Source of the DNA: Marinomonas sp.
GTDB lineage: Bacteria > Pseudomonadota > Gammaproteobacteria > Pseudomonadales > Marinomonadaceae
Length of the DNA stretch: 64,000 nt
Direction: 5' to 3'
NCBI RefSeq assembly: GCF_965225885.1
Contig: NZ_OZ245329.1
Location: 2,890,449 to 2,954,448 of the forward strand
Below are positions 50,505 through 61,126 of the stretch, in pieces. Made by a program: the position numbers and the translations under genes. Position 1 is the first letter of the stretch. Each line of letters starts with the position of its first letter. Under the pieces are notes generated by a model that was given only the letters and a program-made list of their open reading frames with translations, was not told the origin of the DNA and searched no databases.

Positions 50505-51932
50505 CTAGTGTTTCACAAACTCATTAACATCAACAAAGTGGCCGGCAATCGCCGCGGCAGCAGCCATCGCAGGGCTAACCAAATGCGTACGACCACCAAA
50601 ACCTTGGCGACCTTCGAAGTTACGGTTCGAGGTAGACGCACAATGTTCGCCAGCACCAAGTTTGTCAGCGTTCATCGCCAAACACATAGAACAACCTGGC
50701 TCACGCCATTCTAATCCGGCCGCTTCAAAAATTTCATGCAAGCCTTCTTTTTCAGCTTGTGCTTTTACCAAGCCAGAGCCTGGAACAACAATCGCCTGCT
50801 TAAGCGTCGATGCGACTTTACGGCCTTTAACAACTTGCGCCGCGATTCGTAAATCTTCAATGCGTGAGTTAGTACAAGAGCCGATAAAAACTCGATCAAG
50901 AATCACATCAGCCAACATGGTTTTGCCTTCTAGGCCCATGTATTTCCAAGCACGTGCATAACCTTCTTTCTTGACGGGATCTTTCTGATCTTCAGGACGA
51001 GGAATTGGCTCATCGATGGCGATAACCATTTCTGGAGACGTTCCCCAGGTTACTTGCGGCTTGATATCTTCTGCTTTGATTACTACAACTTCATCAAATT
51101 GTGCGTCTTTATCAGACACAAGGTCTTTCCAGGCTTCTACCGCCATATCCCAATGCTCGCCTTTTGGCGCATAAGGGCGACCTTTGACGTATTCAATAGT
51201 CGTATCATCTACTGCAATCAAACCAACACGTGCGCCCGCTTCAATGGCCATGTTACAGACGGTCATACGACCTTCCATCGACAATGATTGAATACCCGTT
51301 CCGCCAAACTCAATAGCGTAGCCCGTACCACCAGCCGTACCAATTGCACCAATAATTGCCAATACAACGTCTTTCGCAGAAACCCAAGGTGACAATTCAC
51401 CATCAACACGAACTAACATGTTACGGCTTTTCTTTTGCACTAGACACTGAGTTGCTAATACGTGTTCTACTTCAGACGTACCGATACCATGCGCCAAAGC
51501 ACCAAAGGCACCATGAGTCGATGTATGAGAATCACCACAAACAACCGTCATGCCTGGAAGCGTTGCACCTTGCTCTGGCCCAACAACGTGCACGATTCCT
51601 TGGCGAATGTCTTTCATATTGAATTCAGTAATACCAAATTCGTTACAGTTATCATCCAAAGTCGTTACTTGGATCTTAGAAACAGGATCTTCAATACCAT
51701 CTACGCCAGAAATACGCTCTTTCTTGGTCGTTGGTACGTTATGGTCTGGCGTTGCCAGGCTTGAAGAAACGCGCCAAGGCTTACGCCCAGCCAATCGAAG
51801 CCCTTCAAAAGCTTGTGGTGATGTCACTTCATGAAGCAACTGTAAATCGATATAAATCAATGCACTACCGTCATCTCGTTGCTGAACAAGGTGGCTATTC
51901 CACAACTTGTCATAAAGGGTTTTACCTGACAT
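50505..51932 (-). CDS. leuC: 3-isopropylmalate dehydratase large subunit
   Basis: [11 protein letters not shown] start and aconitase-family Cys ligands (CGDSHT, GSCTN, CSMCL). Confidence 0.97.
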   Translation of the reverse strand: MSGKTLYDKLWNSHLVQQRDDGSALIYIDLQLLHEVTSPQAFEGLRLAGRKPWRVSSSLATPDHNVPTTKKERISGVDGIEDPVSKIQVTTLDDNCNEFGITEFNMKDIRQGIVHVVGPEQGATLPGMTVVCGDSHTSTHGAFGALAHGIGTSEVEHVLATQCLVQKKSRNMLVRVDGELSPWVSAKDVVLAIIGAIGTAGGTGYAIEFGGTGIQSLSMEGRMTVCNMAIEAGARVGLIAVDDTTIEYVKGRPYAPKGEHWDMAVEAWKDLVSDKDAQFDEVVVIKAEDIKPQVTWGTSPEMVIAIDEPIPRPEDQKDPVKKEGYARAWKYMGLEGKTMLADVILDRVFIGSCTNSRIEDLRIAAQVVKGRKVASTLKQAIVVPGSGLVKAQAEKEGLHEIFEAAGLEWREPGCSMCLAMNADKLGAGEHCASTSNRNFEGRQGFGGRTHLVSPAMAAAAAIAGHFVDVNEFVKH

Positions 51933-52025
51933 AAGTTCTCTCCTCAGAAATCTATTGCGCTATCCTAAAACTTTGGCTTAAATTACTCAAATTCATATTT
52001 TTCATGTTTTGGATAATTTTTTGGA

Positions 52026-52907
52026 ATGATAGACATTGCAGCGTTACTTACTTTTATAAAAGTTGCCGAAACCAGCTCTTTTTCAGCTGCTGGCGATCAA
52101 CTTTTCGTTACACAACCCGCGATTAGTAAGCGTGTCGCCTCCCTTGAAAAGGGCCTTGGCGTAAAGCTTTTTGACCGAATTGGGCGCCAAGTGCAATTAA
52201 CCGAAGCCGGTATTCGTCTATTACCCAAAGCACGAAAAATGGCAGAAGACCTGCAAGACATAAAACGCAGCATGACATTACAGATGCAAGACGTGAGCGG
52301 TGAATTGCGTATATCCACCAGCCATCACGTCGGCTTGCATCGTTTACCTAAATCGTTAAAACGATTTCAAGAGGATTTTCCAAGCGCGCAATTGGAAATT
52401 GAATTTGCGCAATCTGAAGAAGCCTACCAAGATGTTCTGAAAGGACGAGCAGAACTTGGGATCATTACGTTATCCAACAAAGAAAATCCGCTCATTGAGT
52501 CTCTGCCTATTTGGTCTGACCCACTCACTTGCGTCGTCAGTAAAGATCACCCGCTAGCATTTTCTAAAAATTTGAGCCTAATTGAATTAGCGCAACATGC
52601 CTGTGTCTTACCTAATAAAAACACCTTCACTCGACAAATAGCAGAACAAGCTTTTGGCAAACAAGGGCTAAAACCCCAAGTACGAATGAACACGAATAAT
52701 TTAGAAACATTGGCAATGCTGGTGAACATTGGCTGGGGCTGGTCACTACTTCCTTCGACGCTAGTAGACGAAAAACTCGTCGTACTTAACTTGCCAGATT
52801 TGAACGTAGAAAGAAAACTGGGGGTTATTCATCACAAACAAAGAACGCTAAGTCGTGCCGCCATCGCTTTTATTGAATTACTTAAAACCGATGGCACAAG
52901 TTTATAG
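52026..52907 (+). CDS. LysR-family transcriptional regulator, divergent from leuCDB
   Basis: N-terminal HTH (SFSAAGDQLFVTQPAISKRVASLE); 293 aa. Confidence 0.85.
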   Translation: MIDIAALLTFIKVAETSSFSAAGDQLFVTQPAISKRVASLEKGLGVKLFDRIGRQVQLTEAGIRLLPKARKMAEDLQDIKRSMTLQMQDVSGELRISTSHHVGLHRLPKSLKRFQEDFPSAQLEIEFAQSEEAYQDVLKGRAELGIITLSNKENPLIESLPIWSDPLTCVVSKDHPLAFSKNLSLIELAQHACVLPNKNTFTRQIAEQAFGKQGLKPQVRMNTNNLETLAMLVNIGWGWSLLPSTLVDEKLVVLNLPDLNVERKLGVIHHKQRTLSRAAIAFIELLKTDGTSL

Positions 52908-52943
52908 AAGATTTAGGAAATGACTCTTAAGAAAAATCAACGG

Positions 52944-54107
52944 CTAAGAAAACCAACGACGCTGACTAACAAGAAGAGTCGTTAGCGCTAGAGCACTCAC
53001 ACAAGCTGCCAATGTAAAAACCCAAGCTCCGCCCATCCACTCCCAAAGATAGCCAGTAATCACCATGCCCAATCCACCGCCTAAACCGATAGCAAACGCA
53101 CTGTACATCGCTTGACCTTGACCAGCAAAACGTTCTGGAAAAAGGCGTCTAATCTGCTCAATGGACACCATATGAAACAGAGCAAACGTAATGCAATGAA
53201 ACAGCTGGGTAAGAATCAGCACCCATGCAATAGAGGCAAACCAGCCTACTAATAACCAACGAATAATGCCGCAAACAAAACAAAGCGTAATAATATGAAC
53301 GACATCAAAACGCTTGATTGTATTACCAAAGAATAAAAACAAGAAAATTTCTATAACGACGCCCAATGCCATCAATAAACCAATCTGCTCACCACTGTAG
53401 CCAAAGTTTGACAAGTGGACGGCAAAAAACACATTAAAAGGTGCATGTGACATAAATGCTAAAAATGCTAAACCAAAAAAAAGCAGCGATTCAGGATTTT
53501 TTACTAACGCAAAAAAAGAAGTCGTCGCCTTTTGCTGATTAACCTCATAAGCCTGCTCTTTGAGGAAAAAGGAGGTCACGACAGCCAGCGCCATAAACAC
53601 GCACATAGTTGGAATAACAACAACAATCCCAAATTGACTTATTAAAAAGCCAGCTCCTGTTACCGCAAACACATAACCAATCGACCCACCCGCTCTTAAA
53701 CGTGTATAAGGGACATCCAATTGGCGAATACTTCTCACCGCCAACGAATCTGTCATCGGTATCAAGGCTGAATAAAATAGCGCCATGGTGCAAGTCAGTA
53801 ACCATAATGTTTCAAATTGATCACTCCAATTAAACGGGATGACCGCAATAAAGCAGCCCAAAATACCTAATTGAAGTATGCGTTTTGGCAAGCCGATTTT
53901 CGCCGTCAACCAGCCCCAAAAGTGTGGAACCAAAATACCTGATAGCGTAAATGTCGACATCAAACGCCCAATCTCAGAAGCCGTTAAGCCTATCGATTTA
54001 TAATACAAAGAAATGTAAGGCATCATGACGCCAACAACGGCGCAGAAGAAAAAATAAAAGAAAAACAAAGGCCAAGCCACAGGGCGAGCTTTTTCAGAAA
54101 ACATCAT
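52944..54107 (-). CDS. MFS transporter (12 TM)
   Basis: 387 aa, polytopic, resembling the MFS_1_like / phenylpropionate-permease type. Substrate unknown. Confidence 0.8.
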   Translation of the reverse strand: MMFSEKARPVAWPLFFFYFFFCAVVGVMMPYISLYYKSIGLTASEIGRLMSTFTLSGILVPHFWGWLTAKIGLPKRILQLGILGCFIAVIPFNWSDQFETLWLLTCTMALFYSALIPMTDSLAVRSIRQLDVPYTRLRAGGSIGYVFAVTGAGFLISQFGIVVVIPTMCVFMALAVVTSFFLKEQAYEVNQQKATTSFFALVKNPESLLFFGLAFLAFMSHAPFNVFFAVHLSNFGYSGEQIGLLMALGVVIEIFLFLFFGNTIKRFDVVHIITLCFVCGIIRWLLVGWFASIAWVLILTQLFHCITFALFHMVSIEQIRRLFPERFAGQGQAMYSAFAIGLGGGLGMVITGYLWEWMGGAWVFTLAACVSALALTTLLVSQRRWFS

Positions 54108-54308
54108 GTCTCCAAAGACGTAACTAGGGTTATTATCAATTAAGACAATAAAATTTTATGCATAAATTGTAATGTTTGAGTATGCTGGAAATAATGATAA
54201 AAAGCACGACAGATAATGACACGTATTCTCTACAATTCTAATCTAATACGGCACTGTCTATTTATTAAAACCTTAAAAACACATTCCCTATTTACAGCGA
54301 GAAAGATT

Positions 54309-55934
54309 ATGACAGCAAATCAAGAATGGTGGCGTGGTGCCGTAATTTATCAGGTTTATCCTCGCAGTTTTTTCGACTCAAACAACGATGGTATTGGCGA
54401 CCTTCCCGGAGTCACGGCGAAGATGAGTTATATTGCCTCATTGGGTGTTGATGCGATTTGGCTTTCTCCGTTTTTCACCTCACCAATGAAAGACTTTGGC
54501 TACGATGTGTCTGATTATTGTGACGTAGACCCTATTTTTGGAACACTGGCCGATTTCGATGAACTGATTGCGTCTGCGCATCATCATGGCCTTAAGGTGA
54601 TGATTGACCAAGTACTCAATCATAGCTCAGATCAACACCCTTGGTTTGTTGAATCTCGCAGCAGTCACGACAACGATAAAGCCGATTGGTATGTTTGGGC
54701 TGATGCCAACCCAGATGGCACCGTGCCAAATAATTGGTTATCAGTTTTTGGTGGCCCAGCTTGGCATTGGGACAGTCGTCGCAGACAATATTATCTGCAT
54801 AATTTCTTAGACAGTCAGCCAGACTTAAACTTCCACAACCCTGTCGTTGTCGATGCGTTACTTGAAACGGTAGAGTTTTGGTTAAAACGCGGTGTAGACG
54901 GATTCCGTTTAGATACCGCGAATTATTATTACCATGATATAGAGCTCAGAAATAATCCTCCCAAAGAAGAAGTTGTTGAAGGCAGCATTGGTGTTCGACT
55001 CGACAATCCATACGCTTATCAACTGCACCTATACGACAAATCCAGACCCGAAAACATTGCCTTTTTACAACGTTTACGCCATTTGCTCGATCAATACCCA
55101 GACACCACCACAGTAGGCGAAGTCGGCTGTGATTTTGCACTAGAAACCATGGCGGCTTATACCCGAGGTAAAGACAAATTGCACATGTGCTATTCGTTCG
55201 ATCTGTTAACACATGATTCCTCTATGACTCACATTCGCAATACCATGGAAACGATAGAAGCAGGCTTAGGTGACGGCTGGCCATGTTGGTCAATCGGCAA
55301 TCACGATGTAGAACGGGTAGTTACTCGCTGGGGAAAAAATCATGATCCAATCGCCAAAAGCAAAATCTACATGGCGATGCTTTTAACCTTGCGCGGTAGT
55401 GTTTGTTTATATCAAGGTGAGGAACTTGGACTACCAGAAGCTGAGCTGACATTTGATCAACTTGTTGATCCGTTTGGCATTGCGTTCTGGCCAGAATTCA
55501 AAGGAAGAGACGGCTGCAGAACCCCTATTCCGTGGAAAAATGAAACATTGGGAGGATTCACCCATTCAGCGCAACCTTGGTTACCGATTGCAGAAGACCA
55601 AAGACCATTAGCGGTTAGCGAACAGGAAGGCAACCGTCATTCTGTCTTGCATGCTTATCGTGACTTTCTTCATGTAAGACGCAGCCATCCAGAATTACGC
55701 CTTGGTGACATCAAATTTATTTACAACGATGAAACAACGCTAACATTCCTTCGTAGCTATAATGGCAAGCGACTTTATGTGGCAATCAATACCGCTAACC
55801 AAGACATCATCTTACCAGTCGAACTCAAGCTATCAGCATTGACCATGCCAGAGGCAATACACAGTGGGTACATAGACGGCAATACCGTTGTCCTTCCGCC
55901 GTTTAGCATTTTACTCGCAGCCGTTCTAGCCTAA
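54309..55934 (+). CDS. GH13 alpha-glucosidase / oligo-1,6-glucosidase-like
   Basis: Start at MTANQEWWRGAVIYQVYPRSF. GH13 regions DQVLNH, GVDGFRLD, GEV and NHD. The track N-extension is rejected. Confidence 0.9.
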   Translation: MTANQEWWRGAVIYQVYPRSFFDSNNDGIGDLPGVTAKMSYIASLGVDAIWLSPFFTSPMKDFGYDVSDYCDVDPIFGTLADFDELIASAHHHGLKVMIDQVLNHSSDQHPWFVESRSSHDNDKADWYVWADANPDGTVPNNWLSVFGGPAWHWDSRRRQYYLHNFLDSQPDLNFHNPVVVDALLETVEFWLKRGVDGFRLDTANYYYHDIELRNNPPKEEVVEGSIGVRLDNPYAYQLHLYDKSRPENIAFLQRLRHLLDQYPDTTTVGEVGCDFALETMAAYTRGKDKLHMCYSFDLLTHDSSMTHIRNTMETIEAGLGDGWPCWSIGNHDVERVVTRWGKNHDPIAKSKIYMAMLLTLRGSVCLYQGEELGLPEAELTFDQLVDPFGIAFWPEFKGRDGCRTPIPWKNETLGGFTHSAQPWLPIAEDQRPLAVSEQEGNRHSVLHAYRDFLHVRRSHPELRLGDIKFIYNDETTLTFLRSYNGKRLYVAINTANQDIILPVELKLSALTMPEAIHSGYIDGNTVVLPPFSILLAAVLA

Positions 55935-55978
55935 TTGATCGTCCCTTTTAAAACTGATTTTTATTACCTATACCTAAG

Positions 55979-56015
55979 AAAAGGCCCGCTCTTAAATTTA
56001 AGAGCGGGCCTTTTA
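55979..56015. terminator. Bidirectional terminator (perfect palindrome)
   Basis: aaggcccgctcttaaa / tttaagagcgggcctt followed by tttt. Confidence 0.65.
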
Positions 56016-56037
56016 GTTTGTTAGCTTTAAAAAAAGA

Positions 56038-57099
56038 CTAAGAGGTTAATTGTTCCTGACTTGGCCAGGCATTAATAATGGCTTTTACTAACGTTGCCAA
56101 TGGAATCGCAAAAAATATTCCCCAGAACCCCCATATGCCACCGAAGAACAAAACCGCAACAATAATTGCCAGCGGATGCAAATTCACCGCTTCGGAGAAC
56201 AACAACGGTACAAGCACGTTACCATCCGACGCTTGGACAATTAAATAGGCAACGACCACATAGATGAACTCGCTCTGTGTACCATATTGATAGAAAGCCA
56301 CCAAGACAACAGGAATAGTGACAGCAGCCGCGCCAATATAAGGAATCAAAACAGACAATCCAACAAGCAAAGCCAACAATTCTGCATACTTCAACCCAAA
56401 TATCAGAAAGACAATATAGGTCACCACGCCAACCACAAACATCTCAATGAACTTGCCACGAATATAGTTGGCAATCTGGTCATTCATTTCATGCGCAATA
56501 TTGCGCATCATTCTTCGCTCTTTAGGCAACCATGAGGTCAAATATTCCAAAATCTTTTCCTGATCCTTCAATAGAAAGAACATTACCAGTGGCACTAAGA
56601 CCACATAAATCACCACAGAAAATAAAGAAGGGATACTGGATAAAGAAAAAGACACCAGCCATTGCCCCAAATTAGCTGATTCATTTGCCAAGGAATTAAC
56701 CAGCTCATCAACAGCACCCTGACTAACCAAATCACTGTGCCCTTCCGCAAAATGAAGAACTTCATCCCGAATAACGGTAAACATTCTTGGCGCATCTTGA
56801 ACAAGCTTAACGGCCTGACGCCAAATAATAGGCACCATCACACCAATAAAAACACTACAGGCGGTTATAAAAGTAAAAAATACAATAAAAACAGAAGGTA
56901 AATGTCCGAGTCGAAGTCGTTGCAGCCTATCAACCAAACCCTGTAATAAAAAAGCTAAGACAATCGCGATCAAAATTGGCGCTAAAATCCCGCCCCAAAA
57001 GGCTAAAACACATAAAGTAGCAATCATTAACAAAAGAAAGACAACAACTTCTTCATTAGAAAAATATCGTTTAATCAGAGTATCAACAATTTTAAACAT
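56038..57099 (-). CDS. AI-2E family transporter (PerM/YdiK-like)
   Basis: 353 aa with about 8 TM helices and the typical AI-2E C-terminal PL..L motif region. Confidence 0.85.
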   Translation of the reverse strand: MFKIVDTLIKRYFSNEEVVVFLLLMIATLCVLAFWGGILAPILIAIVLAFLLQGLVDRLQRLRLGHLPSVFIVFFTFITACSVFIGVMVPIIWRQAVKLVQDAPRMFTVIRDEVLHFAEGHSDLVSQGAVDELVNSLANESANLGQWLVSFSLSSIPSLFSVVIYVVLVPLVMFFLLKDQEKILEYLTSWLPKERRMMRNIAHEMNDQIANYIRGKFIEMFVVGVVTYIVFLIFGLKYAELLALLVGLSVLIPYIGAAAVTIPVVLVAFYQYGTQSEFIYVVVAYLIVQASDGNVLVPLLFSEAVNLHPLAIIVAVLFFGGIWGFWGIFFAIPLATLVKAIINAWPSQEQLTS

Positions 57100-57111
57100 A
57101 TCGAGTCCGTT

Positions 57112-57357
57112 TCAGCTTTTTTGAATCACAAAGGTATACACATCATTGTCTTCACATGTTGACAATAAAGAGAACCCGACGAGTGCAACATATTGAGGAA
57201 TATCTTTTAACGAACCTGCATCACATGTCGTCACACATAAGCACTCTCCAACCGCCATCTTACTTAACGCCATTTTTGCCTTTAACAATGGCATTGGGCA
57301 ACGATCTTCTCTTGCATCCAAGATTACGTCATACTGATTATCTAGATTGATCGTCAT
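57112..57357 (-). CDS. TusA/SirA-family sulfurtransferase-like protein
   Basis: 81 aa with the CPMPLLKAK active-site motif. Confidence 0.8.
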   Translation of the reverse strand: MTINLDNQYDVILDAREDRCPMPLLKAKMALSKMAVGECLCVTTCDAGSLKDIPQYVALVGFSLLSTCEDNDVYTFVIQKS

Positions 57358-57392
57358 TTCACAATTTACTCAATGAATACATTAGCCATATT

Positions 57393-58814
57393 ATGAGACT
57401 ATTTTCAAACGTTACAACAGGCTTAACCATCTTAGCTATTGTTTTTACAAGTACTTTATCCAGTACTAGTTTTGCCGCCATTCCTGATTTGGAAGCGAAC
57501 AAAGACGAAAGGGCCTTGTCAAATCCATCCTACATACTAGGACAATATTGGTTTCGCAAACTTAATGGTAGCCGAGCATTAATCGATTTTCCTCCGGCCT
57601 ACGATTACTTAAAAGATGCTCTATCGCAAATTCTTCCACAAACAAATCTTTACAACACCACCGTCGAAATGACGCTGTTGAACAGCTCCCAGAGCAATGC
57701 GTTTGTCATTCCGGGTAATCACCTTTTCATTTATTCAGACATTATGGAAATGATTACCAGCGAAGACATGCTATTTGGCTTATTGGCGCACGAAGTCGCT
57801 CACTTAGACCTTCGTCATTACGAACGCCAAAACAAGCATTCTGGTGAAGAGTTACAAAAAACATTAGTGATGCTAGGAGCCGGTATTGCTGCGGCCTTAG
57901 CTGGCGCGGGTTCTGATGCAACCACCGCCCTTTGGTTGGGCGGCATAGCGAATCAAGCCGAAAACACCCTAACCTACAGCCGTAACCAAGAACAAGAAGC
58001 CGATAGACGCGGTCGCGAATATCTTTTAAACGCGGGGTTAGCGCCAGATGGTATGACAAAACTGTTTCAAGCTTTCTTTAAGCAGGCATTAGGAAGACCA
58101 AAGCTGGAGTTTTTATCAACTCACCCTTCGCCTAATTCTAGATTATCAGACTCTTTTAGCACCGATACCAAAGAAACGATATTAAGCAACAAGGCAGCAA
58201 CTGACTTTGAATTCTTTAGAGCAAGCCTATTGGCTTATAGGGCGGGAATAGAAGACAAACCACTCTCTTATTTGGATCAGAAAATTCAAAACAATGACGC
58301 GAAGAATTTTGCCAAAGGCCTTTTTTCCTACCTTATTCAGTCGCCTGATCGAGCCCTCAACTTTTTAAGTAAATTAGAGAAGCACAATCAATTTACTGAT
58401 TATCTGCAAGCGCTAAGCTATGCGGCATCAGATCAAGCAGATAAAGGCTTAAATATAATCGATATGCGATTAGAACTTGAACCGAAAAACATTCTCTTTT
58501 CAATGTTGCATGCGCAGCTAACTCAATCAAAACCCATTACTACAACGTCAAAGTATCTTTATGAAAAACGTTTAATATGGCGAGCCAACATTCAATACTA
58601 TCAATCTAAAAACAACATACCAATGGCGTTAAATTATCGAGCTCAACTTGATTTCAGCCAAGGAAAAGATAAAACAGCACGATATCTGATTAAACGTGCG
58701 GAAAACGATGCTCAAAATAGTGATAGAAATACCATTAAAAATACAGCGGAAAAATTTGAAATAATAAATGAAGCAGAAAAACAGGAAGATCTAGAAGAAG
58801 ATAAATTAAAATAG
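57393..58814 (+). CDS. M48-family periplasmic metalloprotease with a TPR-like C-terminal domain (BepA-like)
   Basis: Signal peptide, HEVAH zinc motif, later E..AD motif, helical repeat C-terminus. Confidence 0.85.
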   Translation: MRLFSNVTTGLTILAIVFTSTLSSTSFAAIPDLEANKDERALSNPSYILGQYWFRKLNGSRALIDFPPAYDYLKDALSQILPQTNLYNTTVEMTLLNSSQSNAFVIPGNHLFIYSDIMEMITSEDMLFGLLAHEVAHLDLRHYERQNKHSGEELQKTLVMLGAGIAAALAGAGSDATTALWLGGIANQAENTLTYSRNQEQEADRRGREYLLNAGLAPDGMTKLFQAFFKQALGRPKLEFLSTHPSPNSRLSDSFSTDTKETILSNKAATDFEFFRASLLAYRAGIEDKPLSYLDQKIQNNDAKNFAKGLFSYLIQSPDRALNFLSKLEKHNQFTDYLQALSYAASDQADKGLNIIDMRLELEPKNILFSMLHAQLTQSKPITTTSKYLYEKRLIWRANIQYYQSKNNIPMALNYRAQLDFSQGKDKTARYLIKRAENDAQNSDRNTIKNTAEKFEIINEAEKQEDLEEDKLK

Positions 58815-58835
58815 AATAAACCATATTTTAAAGAA

Positions 58836-58868
58836 ATAAAAAAACCAAACTGAAAGTTTGGTTTTTTT
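58836..58868. terminator. Bidirectional terminator after the M48 protease gene
   Basis: Stem ccaaact / agtttgg flanked by an A-run and a T-run. Confidence 0.65.
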
Positions 58869-58900
58869 ATCATCAAAGTCTTTTATTATAAAAGAGAAAT

Positions 58901-59173
58901 TTATTCTGCAGATTGAACGTGCAAAGCATTAAATTGCGCTTGTAGTTCAGCATGTTTCTCATTGTAAAGCGCTACTTTTTGATCAAAGGTATAAGCACCG
59001 TTTAAATTTACGCTTGTATCAACATCTGCACCCATATTTTCTAGGGTAACACCAAGTGCTTCAACACTGCCTCTAGCACTTTGTAAACGCTCGGTACCAG
59101 TTTCAGCAAAAGCAGAAGTTGTCATCACAGCTGCAGCCAATAGTGCTAAAGAAGTTTTAGTAAAAGTGTTCAT
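58901..59173 (-). CDS. Small secreted protein, paralogue A (unknown family)
   Basis: 90 aa. Signal peptide ends SAFA|ET. 71/90 residues identical to the neighbouring ORF. Confidence 0.6.
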   Translation of the reverse strand: MNTFTKTSLALLAAAVMTTSAFAETGTERLQSARGSVEALGVTLENMGADVDTSVNLNGAYTFDQKVALYNEKHAELQAQFNALHVQSAE

Positions 59174-59222
59174 AATTCTAGCCTCACATGTAAAATATTG
59201 TCATTCTGATTTTTAAAAAATA

Positions 59223-59495
59223 TTATTCAGCCGTTTGTGCACGTAGCTCATTAAACTGTTTCTGTAGTTCATCATGTTTTGCAGAATAAACCGCTGCTTT
59301 TTGTTCAAAAGTATAAGCACCATTTAAATTAACACTGGTATCTACGTTAGCACCCATATTTTCTAGGGTAACACCAAGCGCTTCAACACTGCCTCGTGCA
59401 CTTTGAACTTTTTCAGAGCCAGTTTCAGCAAAAGCAGAAGTTGTCATTACTGCAGCGGTTAATAAAGCCAAAGTTGTTTTAGTAAAAGCTTTCAT
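59223..59495 (-). CDS. Small secreted protein, paralogue B (unknown family)
   Basis: 90 aa with the same signal peptide and core (QSARGSVEALGVTLENMGA.VDTSVNLNGAYTF). Confidence 0.6.
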   Translation of the reverse strand: MKAFTKTTLALLTAAVMTTSAFAETGSEKVQSARGSVEALGVTLENMGANVDTSVNLNGAYTFEQKAAVYSAKHDELQKQFNELRAQTAE

Positions 59496-59819
59496 ATTTA
59501 TCTCCTCGAGAGAGTTGCTGTTAATATTTAAATCGTTTCGTGTTTCGATGTATTTATAATAGTCCTTTAATAAAAATTAAAAAGCCCAGAACATCACCTT
59601 CCATCGTTGTTCCAAATACGAACCAATAAACGTCACATTGCATAAAGATCACAAAAACAGGCAGAAATCAAAATGAATAAGGCAGAAAATTCATTAAATA
59701 AGGAACAACAAGACAAAAAATGGCAATCAACTAAGAGCCATGTACTGCATGAACACAATTCGATAGGGATAGATCGAAAAATTTGTTAATATGGATCATC
59801 TGTTTGGATATAAAAGATT

Positions 59820-61067
59820 ATGACGCCGCTTGCTTTAATAGATAATTTAGAACATTTACCGAATCCGTTTACTCAATTTGAGAGCATTGCCTCTCACTTA
59901 GAGCACACGACACCTCATATCAATGACCCTGAGTACCGTCGAGATCTGCAACTCGCTTTATGCTTCATTTATAGCTACAACGGCTCTCAGGCAACATTTA
60001 ACTCTTATCGTCGAGAAGTTGAGCGGTTACTGCTTTGGTCATGGCACATCGCCTTGTGCCCTACGACACAATTGCGACGTGACCAGATAGAAGAATTTAT
60101 ACATTTTTGTATAACGCCTCCAGAAAGTTGGATCGGTATTAAAAATGTCGCTCGCTTTAAACTACACATGGGACAAAGAACGGCGAACAAAGATTGGCGA
60201 CCATTTGTCGCGCATGTTAGTAAACTGGAATTTAAAAATGGCGACATTCCAAAAACAAAACTGCATTCATTATCTCAATCAGCCATTAGGGCAACATTTT
60301 CAATCCTATCGTCTTATTATGGTTTTCTCATGCAAGAGGACGCTACACAACAAAACCCTGTGGCATTGATTAGACAAAAAAGTAAATTTGTAAAAAAAGA
60401 AGTCACTCGCAAACAAGTTAGACGTATTTCTAATTTGCAATGGGATTATGTAATCGAAACCGCCGAGATGTTGGCTGAAGAAGATCCAGCACATCACGAA
60501 CGCACCCTCTTTATTATGAATGCCCTACTCGGCATGTATTTACGAATTTCTGAATTAGTTGCCGATGAGCGCTCCGCACCGGTTATGGGAGACTTCATAA
60601 AAGACGCCGACGGGCATTGGTGGTTTAAAGTGCTTTCGAAGGGTAACAAGGAACGACTTGTTGCGGTATCTGATGACATGTTAAATGCTCTTAAACGCTA
60701 TCGACAATTTAGAGATTTACCATTACTACCAACCATTGCTGAAAACACTCCTCTCGTTCCTAAGAATCGCGGGCAAGGTGCGATGACTAGCTCAAGACAA
60801 GTCCGTAACATTGTGCAACTCTGTTTTGATAAAGCTTATGAGCGCATGTGTGAAGACGGTATGAGGGCAGATGCTGAAGACCTACGCGTCGCAACCGTCC
60901 ACTGGTTAAGACACACGGGTATATCTGAAGACGTAAAAACAAGACCTAAAGAACACGTTAGAGAAGATGCAGGTCATGCCAGCATGGCGACAACAGATAA
61001 ATACATTGATACCGAATATCGAGAACGTCATGCGAGTGGTCGAAAGAAAACTCTCCGCCCCCACTAA
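59820..61067 (+). CDS. Tyrosine-type site-specific recombinase/integrase
   Basis: Catalytic landmarks are present: R in YLRISEL, HWLRHT (H-x-x-R), GHASMATTDKY (nucleophile Tyr). 415 aa. Confidence 0.85.
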   Translation: MTPLALIDNLEHLPNPFTQFESIASHLEHTTPHINDPEYRRDLQLALCFIYSYNGSQATFNSYRREVERLLLWSWHIALCPTTQLRRDQIEEFIHFCITPPESWIGIKNVARFKLHMGQRTANKDWRPFVAHVSKLEFKNGDIPKTKLHSLSQSAIRATFSILSSYYGFLMQEDATQQNPVALIRQKSKFVKKEVTRKQVRRISNLQWDYVIETAEMLAEEDPAHHERTLFIMNALLGMYLRISELVADERSAPVMGDFIKDADGHWWFKVLSKGNKERLVAVSDDMLNALKRYRQFRDLPLLPTIAENTPLVPKNRGQGAMTSSRQVRNIVQLCFDKAYERMCEDGMRADAEDLRVATVHWLRHTGISEDVKTRPKEHVREDAGHASMATTDKYIDTEYRERHASGRKKTLRPH

Positions 61068-61089
61068 TTACAAGTTTTAATAACAATCT

Positions 61090-61126
61090 GCGCAACTAAC
61101 TCTTTATTGAGAGTTGCGCTATTTTG
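61090..61126. terminator. Hairpin between the convergent integrase and moaE genes
   Basis: Stem gcgcaact / agttgcgc with inner ctc/gag, followed by tatttt. Confidence 0.45.

Noticed and set aside
51933-52025. Leucine leader peptide or attenuator upstream of leuC.
   Set aside because: There is no Leu-rich micro-ORF or alternative hairpins in the 93-bp gap. Regulation is more likely through the divergent LysR gene.
54188-54206. Fur-box-like string aataatgataa between the MFS transporter and alpha-glucosidase genes.
   Set aside because: Only half of the 19-bp Fur palindrome matches, and the neighbouring genes have no link to iron.
59496-59819. An invertible promoter switch controlled by the adjacent recombinase, and a 38-aa ORF (59673-59789) as a possible excisionase.
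   Set aside because: Only 6-7-bp inverted repeats are present (ttcgat/atcgaa, aatgaa/ttcatt). The small ORF has no Shine-Dalgarno and no Xis-like features.
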